A stretch of 64,000 bases of DNA from NCBI GenBank assembly GCA_963667785.2, contig CAXXMU010000005.1, forward strand, positions 64,001-128,000, in the 5' to 3' direction. Positions 30,457 to 49,257 of this stretch are shown here, in pieces. The translations under genes and the position numbers were made by a program. Below the pieces are notes generated by a model that saw only the letters and a program-made list of their open reading frames with translations, was not told where the DNA came from and searched no databases. The DNA is from Alphaproteobacteria bacterium (lineage in GTDB: Bacteria; Pseudomonadota; Alphaproteobacteria; UBA828). Position 1 is the stretch's first letter. Each line of letters opens with the position of its first letter.

Positions 30457-31023
30457 GTGGAACGGCTTAGGAAGGAAGAGATCGTCCAGGCGCTGCGTGG
30501 CATCTTCGAGAGCACCAATCTCGTCGTCGTCACGCAGTTCAGCGGGCTCTCGGTGGCGGAGGCCTCCGACCTGCGGCGCCAGATGCGCGCGGCCGGCGCG
30601 ACCTTTCGGGTCACCAAGAACCGGCTGGCGAAGCGCGCGGTGGAAGGCACCTCCTTCGCCGGCCTCGCCGACCTCTTCACCGGCTCCAGCGCGATCGCCT
30701 ACTCCGACGATCCGGTGGCGGCCGCCCGCGTCGCGGTGGCCTATGCCAAGGACAACGACAAGCTGATCATCCTCGGCGGCGCCCTCGGCGGCGCCGCGCT
30801 GGACCGCCGCGACGTCCGCTCGCTTGCCGAGCTGCCCTCGCTCGACGTGCTGCGCGCCCGGCTGATCGGCCTCTTGAACCAGCCGGCGTCGAAGCTCGCC
30901 GCCGTGCTCAACGCGCCGGGCGGCCAGCTCGCGCGCGTGCTCAACGCCTACTCGGAAAAAGGAGACAGCGCCAGCGGAAGCGCACCGACCGACGACGACA
31001 ACCCCGACGCACACCAGGACTAG
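30457..31023 (+). CDS. rplJ: 50S ribosomal protein L10
   Basis: [25 protein letters not shown]; operon position. Confidence 0.95.
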   Translation: MERLRKEEIVQALRGIFESTNLVVVTQFSGLSVAEASDLRRQMRAAGATFRVTKNRLAKRAVEGTSFAGLADLFTGSSAIAYSDDPVAAARVAVAYAKDNDKLIILGGALGGAALDRRDVRSLAELPSLDVLRARLIGLLNQPASKLAAVLNAPGGQLARVLNAYSEKGDSASGSAPTDDDNPDAHQD

Positions 31024-31042
31024 CCCCCAGGAGACCGACGAC

Positions 31043-31420
31043 ATGGCTGATCTGGCCAAGATTGCAGACGAGCTCTCGACCCTGACGGTGATCGAGGCCT
31101 CGGAACTGAGCAAGATGCTCGAAGAGAAGTGGGGGGTCTCCGCGGCCGCCCCCGTCGCCGTCGCCGCTGCGCCCGGCGCAGCGCCCGCGGCCGAGGAGGC
31201 CGAGGAGCAGACCGAGTTCACCGTGGTCCTCGCCTCGTTCGGCGAGAAGAAGATCAACGTGATCAAGGAGGTGCGCGCGATCACCAGCCTCGGCCTCAAG
31301 GAGGCCAAGGCGCTGGTCGAGGACGCGCCCAAGCCGGTCAAGGAAGACGTGTCCAAGGAAGACGCGAAAAAGATCAAGGAGCAGCTCGAGGCTGCCGGCG
31401 CGACCGTCGAGGTCAAGTAG
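31043..31420 (+). CDS. rplL: 50S ribosomal protein L7/L12
   Basis: [28 protein letters not shown]. Confidence 0.98.
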   Translation: MADLAKIADELSTLTVIEASELSKMLEEKWGVSAAAPVAVAAAPGAAPAAEEAEEQTEFTVVLASFGEKKINVIKEVRAITSLGLKEAKALVEDAPKPVKEDVSKEDAKKIKEQLEAAGATVEVK

Positions 31421-31623
31421 CGACGATTGACTATCGCCGGCGCGCATCCGGGCGGGCGCCCGAGAGGCGCCGGCCCCGCCGCTGCGCCGCGCTCAGGCGT
31501 GGGCGCGCACGGGCGCGAGCAGCCGCACCCGCACGGCGTGCGCCGCTGCAGCGCGTGAACGATTAACCTACGGCCGGCCGCGGCGCAGCAGCCGCGGCCC
31601 GGCCCGAGAGTCCGAGGGGTAAG

Positions 31624-35937
<4,314 letters not shown>

Positions 35938-35963
35938 CGCCGCACCGGCACGGCCACCGGTAA

Positions 35964-40226
<4,263 letters not shown>

Positions 40227-40248
40227 CGCGCGGACCAGCCGCCAGCCG

Positions 40249-40470
40249 CTAGAGCATTTTCCGACCTGACGGGTTCACGGCGGTCCGAACGGCACCCACC
40301 TCCCCCTGTCCCCCTCCCCCAAAGGCGGAGGGGGAACGTAGGTAGCGCCGCTCTGCTCCCCCTCTCCGCCCCCGGGGGCGGAGAGGGCCGGGGTGAGGTG
40401 GGGGCGTCTGGGCCGTACTGCTGGCAGAAAGAGGAACGTGCGGCAACCGGGCGCGACTCCGTCCGGTCAG
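40249..40470. repeat. Palindromic element family 2, copy B (inverted relative to copy A)
   Basis: CTAGAGCATTTTCCGACC start; reverse complement of ~14950-15109; right boundary approximate. Confidence 0.8.
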
Positions 40471-40487
40471 GGCCCGCCTCGGCCGAG

Positions 40488-41732
40488 TCAGGCGGAGGCC
40501 CGGGCCACCGGCGGGATGTAGTCCTCCAGGTCCTCCTCGCCGAAGCGCACGGTGCGGCCCAGCTCGGCGGAGCGGTAGAGCGCCATCAGGATCTCGGTCA
40601 CGGCAAGCCCGTCGCGGAAGGTCTCGGAAGGCGTCGCGCCGGTGCGGAAGCACTCCACCATGTGGCGGTTCTCGCTGGTATAGCCGTAGACGCCCGCCTC
40701 GTCCTCGAGCGCCGGCATCAGCCCCTGCTCGGCGTTCTGCTTCTCCACCAGATCCTCGCCGGCGGCACCCTTCACGGCGCGCGAGATGAAGACCTTGAGC
40801 CCGGTGCCGAGCGAGGAGAACTCCATCGAGTATTCCGGCCCCAGCAGCTCGAGCTGGATGCGGAGCCCTGCGCCCACATAGGCCCAGGAGGTGGTGGTCT
40901 CGATCATCGCCTCGTTGCCGTCGGGGTCCTCCAGCACCAGGGTGCCGCGGGCGAAATCCTCGGCGGGCCGGCGGCCGTAGTCGACCTCGCGCCCCATCTC
41001 GCGCTTGAGCCGGCGCACGTAGGCCGGCCGGGTCCACTTGAGGTTGGCGATGGTGGCGTTGGCGCTGATCACCTTCAGCGAATCGCGCGATTCGCCCGGC
41101 GCGGTCAGCAGGTGGCGGGCGACCTCGACCGAGTGGCACATCATGTCAGACAGCACGCCGCCGCCCTGCCTCTCCCCCTGCCAGAACCAGGGCATGTGCG
41201 GGCCGGAATGCTCCTCGGCCGCGCGCGCGAGGTAGGGCCGGCCGGTGAGCGGCACGGCGCGGCGCCAGATGATCTCCTTGCCGCGCTCGACCGCCGTCGA
41301 GAAGACCTGGTTCTCAAGATAGCCGGTGGCGAGCCGGGCGTCGTCCGCGAGCCGGACCATGGCACGGGCCTCGGCGAGGTTGCGGGCGAGCGGCTTCTCG
41401 CAGGCGATGCCGCGGAGCCTCTTGCCGCCCTTCACCGCCTTGTGGATCGCCTGCATGGTGGCGACGCGGGTGTCGTTGGGCGAGAGGATCCAGAGCGCGT
41501 CCACGTCCTTCGCTGCGATCAGCCCGGCGAGCGAGCGGTGGGCGGTGCAGGGGCCGAGACCGAGCTCGTCGGCGCGCGCGGCCAGCGCCGCGCGGCTCTC
41601 CCTCGACGGGCTGTAGACCCCGGTGATGGCGCAGTTGCGCACGCCGGTGAAGGATTCGAGATGGAAGCGGGCGATGAAGCCCGCGCCGATCATCCCGATA
41701 CGCAGCGTCTTCAGCGGTTTGCGCCGGGCCAT
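40488..41732 (-). CDS. Gfo/Idh/MocA-family oxidoreductase
   Basis: IGAGFIARFH, CEKPLA, GGGVLSDMMCH. Confidence 0.88.
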   Translation of the reverse strand: MARRKPLKTLRIGMIGAGFIARFHLESFTGVRNCAITGVYSPSRESRAALAARADELGLGPCTAHRSLAGLIAAKDVDALWILSPNDTRVATMQAIHKAVKGGKRLRGIACEKPLARNLAEARAMVRLADDARLATGYLENQVFSTAVERGKEIIWRRAVPLTGRPYLARAAEEHSGPHMPWFWQGERQGGGVLSDMMCHSVEVARHLLTAPGESRDSLKVISANATIANLKWTRPAYVRRLKREMGREVDYGRRPAEDFARGTLVLEDPDGNEAMIETTTSWAYVGAGLRIQLELLGPEYSMEFSSLGTGLKVFISRAVKGAAGEDLVEKQNAEQGLMPALEDEAGVYGYTSENRHMVECFRTGATPSETFRDGLAVTEILMALYRSAELGRTVRFGEEDLEDYIPPVARASA

Positions 41733-41886
41733 GGTCTCACCCTCCCCCTGCCGCGGATACGAGCCCCATTATGGCACCTCGGCCTCGGGCGAGACATCGC
41801 GCGCCATCCGTCCCCGACGGTGGACAGGGCAGCCGGCCTTCGCCACCATGACGGCAGCATCGGCCGGACCAGGTGAGGAGGCGGTC

Positions 41887-43125
41887 ATGGTGAGGGGATG
41901 GGCCGGAGTCGTCGGCATCGCGGCGCTGGGCCTGTGCGTCCTGGCCGCAGCTCACGCGGCGGCGAAGGTGGAGGGGGACACCGTCTACCTGGGCGCCGCC
42001 GTGTCGCTGACGGGCAAGTACACCACCGCCGGCGAGCACACCCAGCGCGGCTACGACCTCGCCGTCAAGACCGTCAACGACGCGGGCGGCATCACGGTGG
42101 GCGGCAAGGCCTACCGGCTCGAGGTCATCTACTACGACGACGAATCGACGCCCGCGCGCGGCGCCCAGCTCGCCGAGCGGCTCATCAACCAGGACGGCGT
42201 CGAATTCATGCTGGGCCCCTACAGCTCGGGCCTCACCAAGGCGATCGCGCCGGTGACCGAGCAGTACGGCGTGCCGATGGTGGAGGCCAACGGCGCCTCG
42301 GTCCAGCTCTTCAACAAGGGCTACCGCTACCTCTTCGCGGTTCTCTCCACCACCGAGCAGTATCTCGCGAGCGCCGTGGCGCTCGCGGCCGAGCTCGCCG
42401 AGCGCGAGGGCCGAGACCCGGCGACGCTGAGGCTCGCGGGCGCCTTCGAGAACGACCCCTTCAGCCAGGACATCCGCGCCGGCGTGCTCGCCGATGCGGC
42501 GCGCTTCGGCATCCAGATCGTGATCGACGACCAGCTTCCGCCGGAGCTCAACGACATGGCGGCGACGCTCGCCAAGACGAAGGCGCTGAAGCCCGACATC
42601 CTCGTCGTCTCGGGCCACTCCAAGGGGGCGGCGCTGGCCGTCAGGCAGGTCGAGGAGATGCGGGTCGACGTGCCGATGCTGGCGATCACCCATTGCGACA
42701 GCGCCGACGTGATCGGCAAGTTCGGCGCGGCGGCGGAATACACGCTGTGCGCGAGCCAGTGGGCGCCGACGCTCTCCTACCGCGACGACGCCTTCGGCTC
42801 GGCGGCCGAATTCGCCGCAACGTTCGAGGCAGCCTACGGCTACGCGCCGCCCTACCAGGCCGCGGAATCGGCTGCGGCGGTGCTGGTCTTCGCCGATGCG
42901 TTCGAGCGCGCAGGCGGCTTCGACAAGGACGCCGTGCGCGATGCGCTGGCCGCCACGGAGATGCAGACCTTCTATGGCAACATCAGGTTCGACGAGACGG
43001 GCAAGAACGTCGCCAAGCCCATGGTGCTCTACCAGATCCAGGACGGCGCCTACGTGGTGGTCGCGCCGACCAAGTGGGCCGACTCCGAGGTCCGCCACCC
43101 GACGCCCGCATGGTCCGAGCGGTGA
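41887..43125 (+). CDS. Branched-chain-type ABC transporter substrate-binding protein
   Basis: Signal peptide; SLTGKY, YYDDES, LGPYSS, YGNIRFD. Confidence 0.9.
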   Translation: MVRGWAGVVGIAALGLCVLAAAHAAAKVEGDTVYLGAAVSLTGKYTTAGEHTQRGYDLAVKTVNDAGGITVGGKAYRLEVIYYDDESTPARGAQLAERLINQDGVEFMLGPYSSGLTKAIAPVTEQYGVPMVEANGASVQLFNKGYRYLFAVLSTTEQYLASAVALAAELAEREGRDPATLRLAGAFENDPFSQDIRAGVLADAARFGIQIVIDDQLPPELNDMAATLAKTKALKPDILVVSGHSKGAALAVRQVEEMRVDVPMLAITHCDSADVIGKFGAAAEYTLCASQWAPTLSYRDDAFGSAAEFAATFEAAYGYAPPYQAAESAAAVLVFADAFERAGGFDKDAVRDALAATEMQTFYGNIRFDETGKNVAKPMVLYQIQDGAYVVVAPTKWADSEVRHPTPAWSER

Positions 43126-43207
43126 GCGCCGCCGGCGCGCGCTTCCGGCGGCGAGAGGCGTAGCCGTCCCCCACCGCCGCCCCGGCGACTGAGCGGGCCG
43201 GGCCGCC

Positions 43208-44110
43208 ATGGCTGCCAACGTCGCGCTGCTCGCGGACGCGCCGTTCCTCATCCTCCAGCTGCTCCTCGACGGGCTGATGATCGGCGCCATCTTCGCCGTC
43301 GCGGCCTACGGCATGGCGCTTGTCTGGGGCGTGATGAACGTCATCAACGTGGTCCAGGGCGAGCTCGTCATGCTGGGCGGGTTCCTCACCTACCAGCTCA
43401 CCCTCTGGGGCCTGAGCCCGCTCTGGGGCGTGCCGGTGGCGGCCGCGGTGCTCTTCGTAGTCGGCTATTCCCTCCACCACGCCGTGATCCGGCGGGTGGC
43501 GGATCGCGACATGTTCATCTCGCTGCTCGCGACCTTCGGCCTCTCCATCCTGCTGCAGCAGCTCATGAACCAGATCTGGGGCGGCGACGTGCGGACGGCC
43601 TCGTCGGGGCTCGGCACGTGGTTCCTCCTCGACTACACGGTGACCGTCTCCCAGATGAAGGCGGCGGCCTGCGGCGGCGCCATCGCGATCGGCGCCGTGC
43701 TGGTGCTCTTCCTGAAGAGGAGCAGGATCGGCCGGGCGATCCGCGCGACCGCCCAGAACCCGCGCGCGGCCCGTATCCTCGGCATCGACACCAACCGCGT
43801 CTTCGCCGTCACCTACGGCATCAACGCGGCCCTCTGCGGCGCCGCCGGCGCGCTGGTGGTGATGGCCTATTCGGTGCATCCCTATATCGGGCTGCCCTAC
43901 ACCGTGCGCTCCTTCATGATCGTGATCGTGGCGGGGCTCGGCAATCTGCCGGGCGTGATCGCGGCGGGGCTGGGCCTCGGCGCGGCCGAGAACTTCGCCG
44001 GCTTCATCCTCGGCGTGCAGTACCAGGTCGCCTTCGTCTTCTGCCTCCTGGTGGTGATCCTCGTCATCCGCAGCGCGCTGCTGCAGCGGCAGCGGCAGTT
44101 CCTCAAGTGA
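43208..44110 (+). CDS. Branched-chain-type ABC permease (LivH-like)
   Basis: LVWGVMNVIN..QGE, GRAIRATAQN, AGLGNLPG. Confidence 0.9.
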   Translation: MAANVALLADAPFLILQLLLDGLMIGAIFAVAAYGMALVWGVMNVINVVQGELVMLGGFLTYQLTLWGLSPLWGVPVAAAVLFVVGYSLHHAVIRRVADRDMFISLLATFGLSILLQQLMNQIWGGDVRTASSGLGTWFLLDYTVTVSQMKAAACGGAIAIGAVLVLFLKRSRIGRAIRATAQNPRAARILGIDTNRVFAVTYGINAALCGAAGALVVMAYSVHPYIGLPYTVRSFMIVIVAGLGNLPGVIAAGLGLGAAENFAGFILGVQYQVAFVFCLLVVILVIRSALLQRQRQFLK

Positions 44111-45081
44111 GCGCGCACCGCCAGCGGCTGCTCATGCTCGGCATCGCCGCGGCCGGCATCGCGCTCCCCTTCGCGATCCCCGACTACCGGGCGCAGATAG
44201 CGATGCTGTGGGCGCTCGTCATCATGGCCCAGACCTGGGACATCACCGGCGGGCAGACGGGCTACAACAGCTTCGGCAACATCCTCTTCTTCGGCGTCGG
44301 CATGTACGCCTCGGTCGTGGTGCAGCGCGACGCGGGCCTCGCCTACTTCCCCGGCCTCGTCCTCGGCATGGCGACGGGGGCGGCGATCGCGGCCACGCTC
44401 GCCGTGCTGCTGGGCTCGATGATCCTGCGCATGCGCGGCCACTACTTCGCCATCGCGACGCTGGGCTTGGGCATCGCCGCCGGCGAGATCGCGGGCGGGT
44501 GGGACTATGTGGGCGCGGGCTCCGGCCTCTCGCCGCCGCTCTTCCCGGCGCCGCCTGCGACCGCCAACCTCTTCTTCTGCTATCTCTTCTTCGCGCTCGC
44601 GGCGCTCACCTTCGCCCTGCTCGCCGCGCTCTACCGCACCCGCTTCGGGCTTGCGCTCAACGCCATCCGCGACAACGAGGACAAGGCGGAGGCGATGGGG
44701 CTCCGCACCGACCTCTGCAAGGTCACGGCATGGACCGTGGCGGCGTTCATGCTGGGCCTCGTCGGCGGCGCCATGGGCAACATGCTGGGCTTCGTGGACC
44801 CGCGCGATACCGCCTTCGCCGGCGCCACCTTCGGCGTCTGGATGGTGCTCATGGCGATCCTCGGCGGCAAGGGGACGCTGTGGGGCCCGGTGCTTGGCGC
44901 CACCATCTTCCACATCACCCAGGAGCTGCTGTGGACCCACCTGCTCGGCTGGCAGCGGGTCGCGCTCGGCGTGATCATCGTGGCGATCGTGGTGTTCTTC
45001 CCGCAAGGAATCCTGGGCTGGGCGCGGGCGCGCTGGCCCCAGCGCCACGAAGGTCGCGAGCAGGGGCGCGGGCGGGCATGA
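44107..45081 (+). CDS. Branched-chain-type ABC permease (LivM-like)
   Basis: GQTGYNSFG, RGHYFAIATL, AIRDNEDKA, GGKGTLWGP; GTG overlaps upstream stop. Confidence 0.9.
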   Translation: MSAHRQRLLMLGIAAAGIALPFAIPDYRAQIAMLWALVIMAQTWDITGGQTGYNSFGNILFFGVGMYASVVVQRDAGLAYFPGLVLGMATGAAIAATLAVLLGSMILRMRGHYFAIATLGLGIAAGEIAGGWDYVGAGSGLSPPLFPAPPATANLFFCYLFFALAALTFALLAALYRTRFGLALNAIRDNEDKAEAMGLRTDLCKVTAWTVAAFMLGLVGGAMGNMLGFVDPRDTAFAGATFGVWMVLMAILGGKGTLWGPVLGATIFHITQELLWTHLLGWQRVALGVIIVAIVVFFPQGILGWARARWPQRHEGREQGRGRA

Positions 45082-45821
45082 GCGTGCAGCTCGCGATCCG
45101 TGGCGCGACCAAGCGCTTCGGCGGCGTCACGGCCAACGACGCCATCTCGCTCGAGGTGCCGCAGGGCCGGGTGGTGGGGCTGATCGGGCCGAACGGCTCG
45201 GGCAAGTCGACGCTCTTCAACTCCATCGTCGGCTACCACCCGGTCGACGGCGGCTCGATCCGCTTCGAGGAGCGCGAGATCACGCGCCTGCGCACGGCCG
45301 AGATCGCGCGCCTCGGGCTGATCCGGACCTTCCAGCAGACCCATGTCTTCGTGCGGATGACCTGCATGCAGAACATGGCGATCGGCGATGCGGAGGCCGG
45401 CCACGGCCTCTTCCGACTGATGCGGACGGTCTCGGCCGAAACGAGCGAACGGGCGGAGGCGCTGCTCGCCTTCTGCGGCCTCTACGGCAAGCGCCACATG
45501 GTGGCGGGCGAACTCTCCTTCGGCCAGCGCAAGCTCCTGGAGCTCGCCATGGCGCTGATGGTGCGCCCGCGCATGCTGCTGCTCGACGAGCCCACCGCCG
45601 GCATCAACCCCACGCTGATCAACGGCGTGATCGAGCGGCTGCAGCGCGCCAACCGCGAGTTCGGCGTCACGCTCTTCGTCATCGAGCACAACATGCGCGT
45701 CATCATGAACCTGGCCGAGCGCATCCACTGCCTCGCCCACGGCCGGCTGCTCGCCAGCGGCGCGCCCGACGAGGTGCGCCGCGACCAGCGCGTGATCGAC
45801 GCCTATCTGGGGGCGCGGTGA
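45078..45821 (+). CDS. ABC ATPase (LivG-like)
   Basis: GPNGSGKST, LSFGQRK, LLDEP, IEH. Confidence 0.92.
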   Translation: MSVQLAIRGATKRFGGVTANDAISLEVPQGRVVGLIGPNGSGKSTLFNSIVGYHPVDGGSIRFEEREITRLRTAEIARLGLIRTFQQTHVFVRMTCMQNMAIGDAEAGHGLFRLMRTVSAETSERAEALLAFCGLYGKRHMVAGELSFGQRKLLELAMALMVRPRMLLLDEPTAGINPTLINGVIERLQRANREFGVTLFVIEHNMRVIMNLAERIHCLAHGRLLASGAPDEVRRDQRVIDAYLGAR

Positions 45822-46681
45822 TGGCGACTGGGCGGCCCGAGGCGCCGGACATCGGCGCGCTCGACTTCGAGACCGCGCTCTCGGTGGATGCGGTGGAGGA
45901 GGCCGCGCGGGCGCTCGCCGACGAGGGGCCGGAGCGGGCGGCGCTCGAGGCGCTCTGCCGGGGCGAGCCCGCCATCGACATCGCCGGCCTGCGGGCAGGC
46001 TACGGCCGCATGGAGATCCTCCACGGCGTCGACCTCGTCGCCGGGCGCGGCCAGTCGCTCTGCCTCATCGGGCCGAACGGCGCCGGCAAGTCGACCGTGC
46101 TGCACGCCGCCTTCGGCTTCGCCGACGTCATGGCGGGCCGCATCTCCGTCGGCGCGCGCGAGGTGACGCGGCTTGCCCCCAGCCGCCGCCTGGCCGAGGC
46201 GGGCGTCGCCTACGTGCTGCAGGACAACTCGGTCTTTCCCGACATGACGGTGGAGGAGAACCTGCTCATGGGCGGCCATCTGCTCGCCGGTCGGGGCGCG
46301 GCGCGGCAGGCCACCGAGCGCGTTTTCGACCGCTACGGGAGCCTGGCCCGGCGCCGGCACCGCCGGGCGGGCGTGCTCTCCGGCGGCGAGCGCCGCCTGC
46401 TCGAGATCTCCCGCGCGCTCATCATGGAGCCCGACGTGCTGCTGGTGGACGAGCCCTCCATCGGGCTGGAGCCGCGCTTCATCGACATGGTGTTCGAGAT
46501 CCTGGGCGACCTGCAGCGCAAAGACGGCAAGACGATCGTGATGGTGGAGCAGAACGCCAAGAAGGGGCTGGAGTTCGCCGATATCGGCTACGTGCTTGTC
46601 TCGGGCCGGCTCGCCATGGCCGGGCCCGGCAGCGCGCTGCTCGAGGACCCGGAGGTCGGCCGCCTCTTCCTCGGCGCCTAG
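45821..46681 (+). CDS. ABC ATPase (LivF-like)
   Basis: GPNGAGKST, LSGGE, VDEPSIGL, VEQN. Confidence 0.92.
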   Translation: MATGRPEAPDIGALDFETALSVDAVEEAARALADEGPERAALEALCRGEPAIDIAGLRAGYGRMEILHGVDLVAGRGQSLCLIGPNGAGKSTVLHAAFGFADVMAGRISVGAREVTRLAPSRRLAEAGVAYVLQDNSVFPDMTVEENLLMGGHLLAGRGAARQATERVFDRYGSLARRRHRRAGVLSGGERRLLEISRALIMEPDVLLVDEPSIGLEPRFIDMVFEILGDLQRKDGKTIVMVEQNAKKGLEFADIGYVLVSGRLAMAGPGSALLEDPEVGRLFLGA

Positions 46682-46756
46682 CCCCGTGCCCGTGCGGCGT
46701 GCGAGACTCCGTGCGCCGCGATCCACTCTTCCTCCCACAGCCGCAGGCCCTTCGCC

Positions 46757-47731
46757 ATGGAGTCCCTGAACCGCCAGTTCACCGCCCGCGCGGAGGATTT
46801 CGACCGGCCGGTGCTGGTGACCGGCGCCGGCGGCTGCATCGGCAGCTGGGCGCTCGCGATCCTGGTGCGCGCGGGCGTGCCCGCGGTCGCCTTCGACCTC
46901 GATGCGTCAAGCCACCGGCCGGGCCTGCTCATGGCGGCGGACGAGCTGGCGCGGGTGACCTGGGTCGAGGGCGACATCGCCGACCCCGAGGCCGTGGACC
47001 GCGCGGTGTCGGCGCACGGGATCGGCGCGATCCTCCATCTGGCCGCGCTGCAGGTGCCCTTCTGCAAGGCGGACCCGGTCGCCGGCGCCCGCGTCAACGT
47101 GGTGGGCACCGCGGCGGTCTTCGAGGCGGCCCGCCGCCACGCCCTGCGCCGCCTCGCCTATGCAAGCTCCGTCGCCGCCCACGGCGCGCCGGCCGAGAGC
47201 GCCTACCTCGCCACCCTCTACGGCGCCTACAAGGCGTGCGACGAGGCCATGGCCCGGGTCTACTGGCAGGACTGGGGGGTGCCGAGCGTCGGCATCCGTC
47301 CCGGCGTGGTCTACGGCGTCGGCCGCGACCAGGGCATGACCTCGAAGACCACGGCGGCCATCCTCGCGGCCGCCGCCGGGCGCGCCTACGAGGTGCCCTT
47401 CCGCGGACTCACCTCCTACCTTTACGCGGGCGAGATCGCCTCGGCCTTCGTCCGGGCCGTGTCGCACGAGCGGGACGGCGCGCCCGCGTTCGACTGCAAC
47501 GGGACCTGCGCCTCGGTCGAGGAGGCGCTGGAGACGCTGGTGCGCCTCGCGCCCGGCGCGCGGGTGCGTGCCGGCGGCGATGCCATGCCGTTCCCCTTCA
47601 GGGATGAGGATTCGCTCTTGCGCGCGCACATAGGCGACTACGGCACGATCTCCGTCGAGGACGGCACGGCCGAGACGCTCGACGCCTTCCGCATCCTGCT
47701 GCAGGACGGGCGGGTCTCGGCCGACGTCTGA
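46757..47731 (+). CDS. NAD-dependent epimerase/dehydratase (extended SDR)
   Basis: TGAGGCIG, HLAA, ASS, YGAYK. Confidence 0.88.
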   Translation: MESLNRQFTARAEDFDRPVLVTGAGGCIGSWALAILVRAGVPAVAFDLDASSHRPGLLMAADELARVTWVEGDIADPEAVDRAVSAHGIGAILHLAALQVPFCKADPVAGARVNVVGTAAVFEAARRHALRRLAYASSVAAHGAPAESAYLATLYGAYKACDEAMARVYWQDWGVPSVGIRPGVVYGVGRDQGMTSKTTAAILAAAAGRAYEVPFRGLTSYLYAGEIASAFVRAVSHERDGAPAFDCNGTCASVEEALETLVRLAPGARVRAGGDAMPFPFRDEDSLLRAHIGDYGTISVEDGTAETLDAFRILLQDGRVSADV

Positions 47732-47741
47732 CGCGCGCCGC

Positions 47742-47918
47742 TCATCTTCCCTCCCCGTCCGCCACGGGATCGAAGTCGCTCGTGGGCGCCCGGCAGTCGG
47801 GGCAGCACCAGTCGTCCGGCAGATCCTCGAAGCGGGTGCCCGGCGGCGTGTCGCGCTGCGCCTCGCCCCTGGCGGGATCGTAGACGTAGCCGCACCAGCG
47901 GCACTGGTAGCGCTTCAT
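47742..47918 (-). CDS. Rubredoxin
   Basis: [12 protein letters not shown]...[17 protein letters not shown]. Confidence 0.92.
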   Translation of the reverse strand: MKRYQCRWCGYVYDPARGEAQRDTPPGTRFEDLPDDWCCPDCRAPTSDFDPVADGEGR

Positions 47919-47988
47919 GGCAGCCGCCGCCGAAGAATGACGACGCGCGGCCGGCCCGCCTCGGACCGGCCGCACGCCGCCGCCTCGC

Positions 47989-49158
47989 TCAGTGGATGCC
48001 GAGCTTCTCGGCCGCCATCCGCGTTCCCTGGATGCGCGAGGCGATCTTCTGGAAGGCCACGTCGCGGGCGTAGTCGGGCGAGCCGTGGTTCGGCTTCACG
48101 TCGATGCTGAAGGGCGAGAAGCCGCAGTCGTCGGTGGACGCGATCTGCTCCTTCGGCAGGTGATTGGCGGCGGCGACGAGCTGCTCGCACACCTCCTCGG
48201 GCGATTCGACCCGCGGGTTCTGCGGGTTGATGACGCCGATATAGGCCATCTGCACGACGCCGTTCGCGTCGGTCCGGATGCTCGCCGCGATGTCCTTGTA
48301 GACCTGCTCCTGGTTCCGCTCGCTCTTGAACTGGATCATGAAGTAGCCCGCGTTCAGCTCGAACATGCTCGGCAGCAGGTCGTTGTAGGGGACATCGGCG
48401 CTGTGCACGGAATCGCAGTCGCCGCCGGGGCAGGTGTGGATGCCGATGTTCGCCCGCTCGTCTGCCGTGAAGCGGTCGAGCACCCCGTTGATGAGCTCGA
48501 TGAAGTGGGGAAGCATCTGCCGGCCGGTCCAGGGGTTGCGCGAATCGTTGCGGCAGGAGAGCCGGCCTTCGGTGAAGTCGATGGAGACGCGCACGGCGCC
48601 GGCCGCGAAGGCCTCGCGCACGTCCTTCTCGCATTCGTCGATCAGGTCGGCCTCGAACGCCTCGCGCGAATAGCCCTCGATCTCCTCGTCGAGCGGGTAG
48701 AGCAGCGCCAGCATCGAGGGCGCGATCACCGCCTGCTTCATCGGCTTGGTCGCGGACTTGATCGAGAGCTTGAGCGAATCGGCGGCGAAGCTCTTGTAGC
48801 GGAAGGGGCCGCCGGTGAGCCGCGGCAACTGGCGATGGTGGCCGTCGGCGAAGATGGCGAAATACTGGCCGCCGCCCGCCAGGTGGTCGGCAAGCCCGGT
48901 GCCCGCGAGCGTATCGGTGATCGGATAGGTCGCGAAGCTCGACCAGCGCTGCTCGCCGTCGGAGACGATGGGCGAGCCGGTCGCCTCCATGCGCGAGATC
49001 GAGTCGCGCACCGCGGCCTCCTGCTCGGCCTCGAGGTCCGCCTTCGCGATCTCGCCCACGTCATAGGCGGCATAGGCGGCCTGGAGCGTGGACGGGCGCG
49101 GCAGGGAGCCCACGGGCTCCGTGGGGATACCGGTGTCGGTTCGTGGATCATAGGTCAT
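47989..49158 (-). CDS. Cobalamin-independent methionine synthase-like (single barrel) protein
   Basis: [20 protein letters not shown] (HxC), DDCGF. Confidence 0.8.
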   Translation of the reverse strand: MTYDPRTDTGIPTEPVGSLPRPSTLQAAYAAYDVGEIAKADLEAEQEAAVRDSISRMEATGSPIVSDGEQRWSSFATYPITDTLAGTGLADHLAGGGQYFAIFADGHHRQLPRLTGGPFRYKSFAADSLKLSIKSATKPMKQAVIAPSMLALLYPLDEEIEGYSREAFEADLIDECEKDVREAFAAGAVRVSIDFTEGRLSCRNDSRNPWTGRQMLPHFIELINGVLDRFTADERANIGIHTCPGGDCDSVHSADVPYNDLLPSMFELNAGYFMIQFKSERNQEQVYKDIAASIRTDANGVVQMAYIGVINPQNPRVESPEEVCEQLVAAANHLPKEQIASTDDCGFSPFSIDVKPNHGSPDYARDVAFQKIASRIQGTRMAAEKLGIH

Positions 49159-49257
49159 GGTGCACCTCCCTTTTGCCGCCATGGTGCCACACTTGGCCGT
49201 CGCGGCGTGACAATTCGGCAAGCGGGGCGGCGCGCGATGCGCCCGCCGCAGCCCCCG

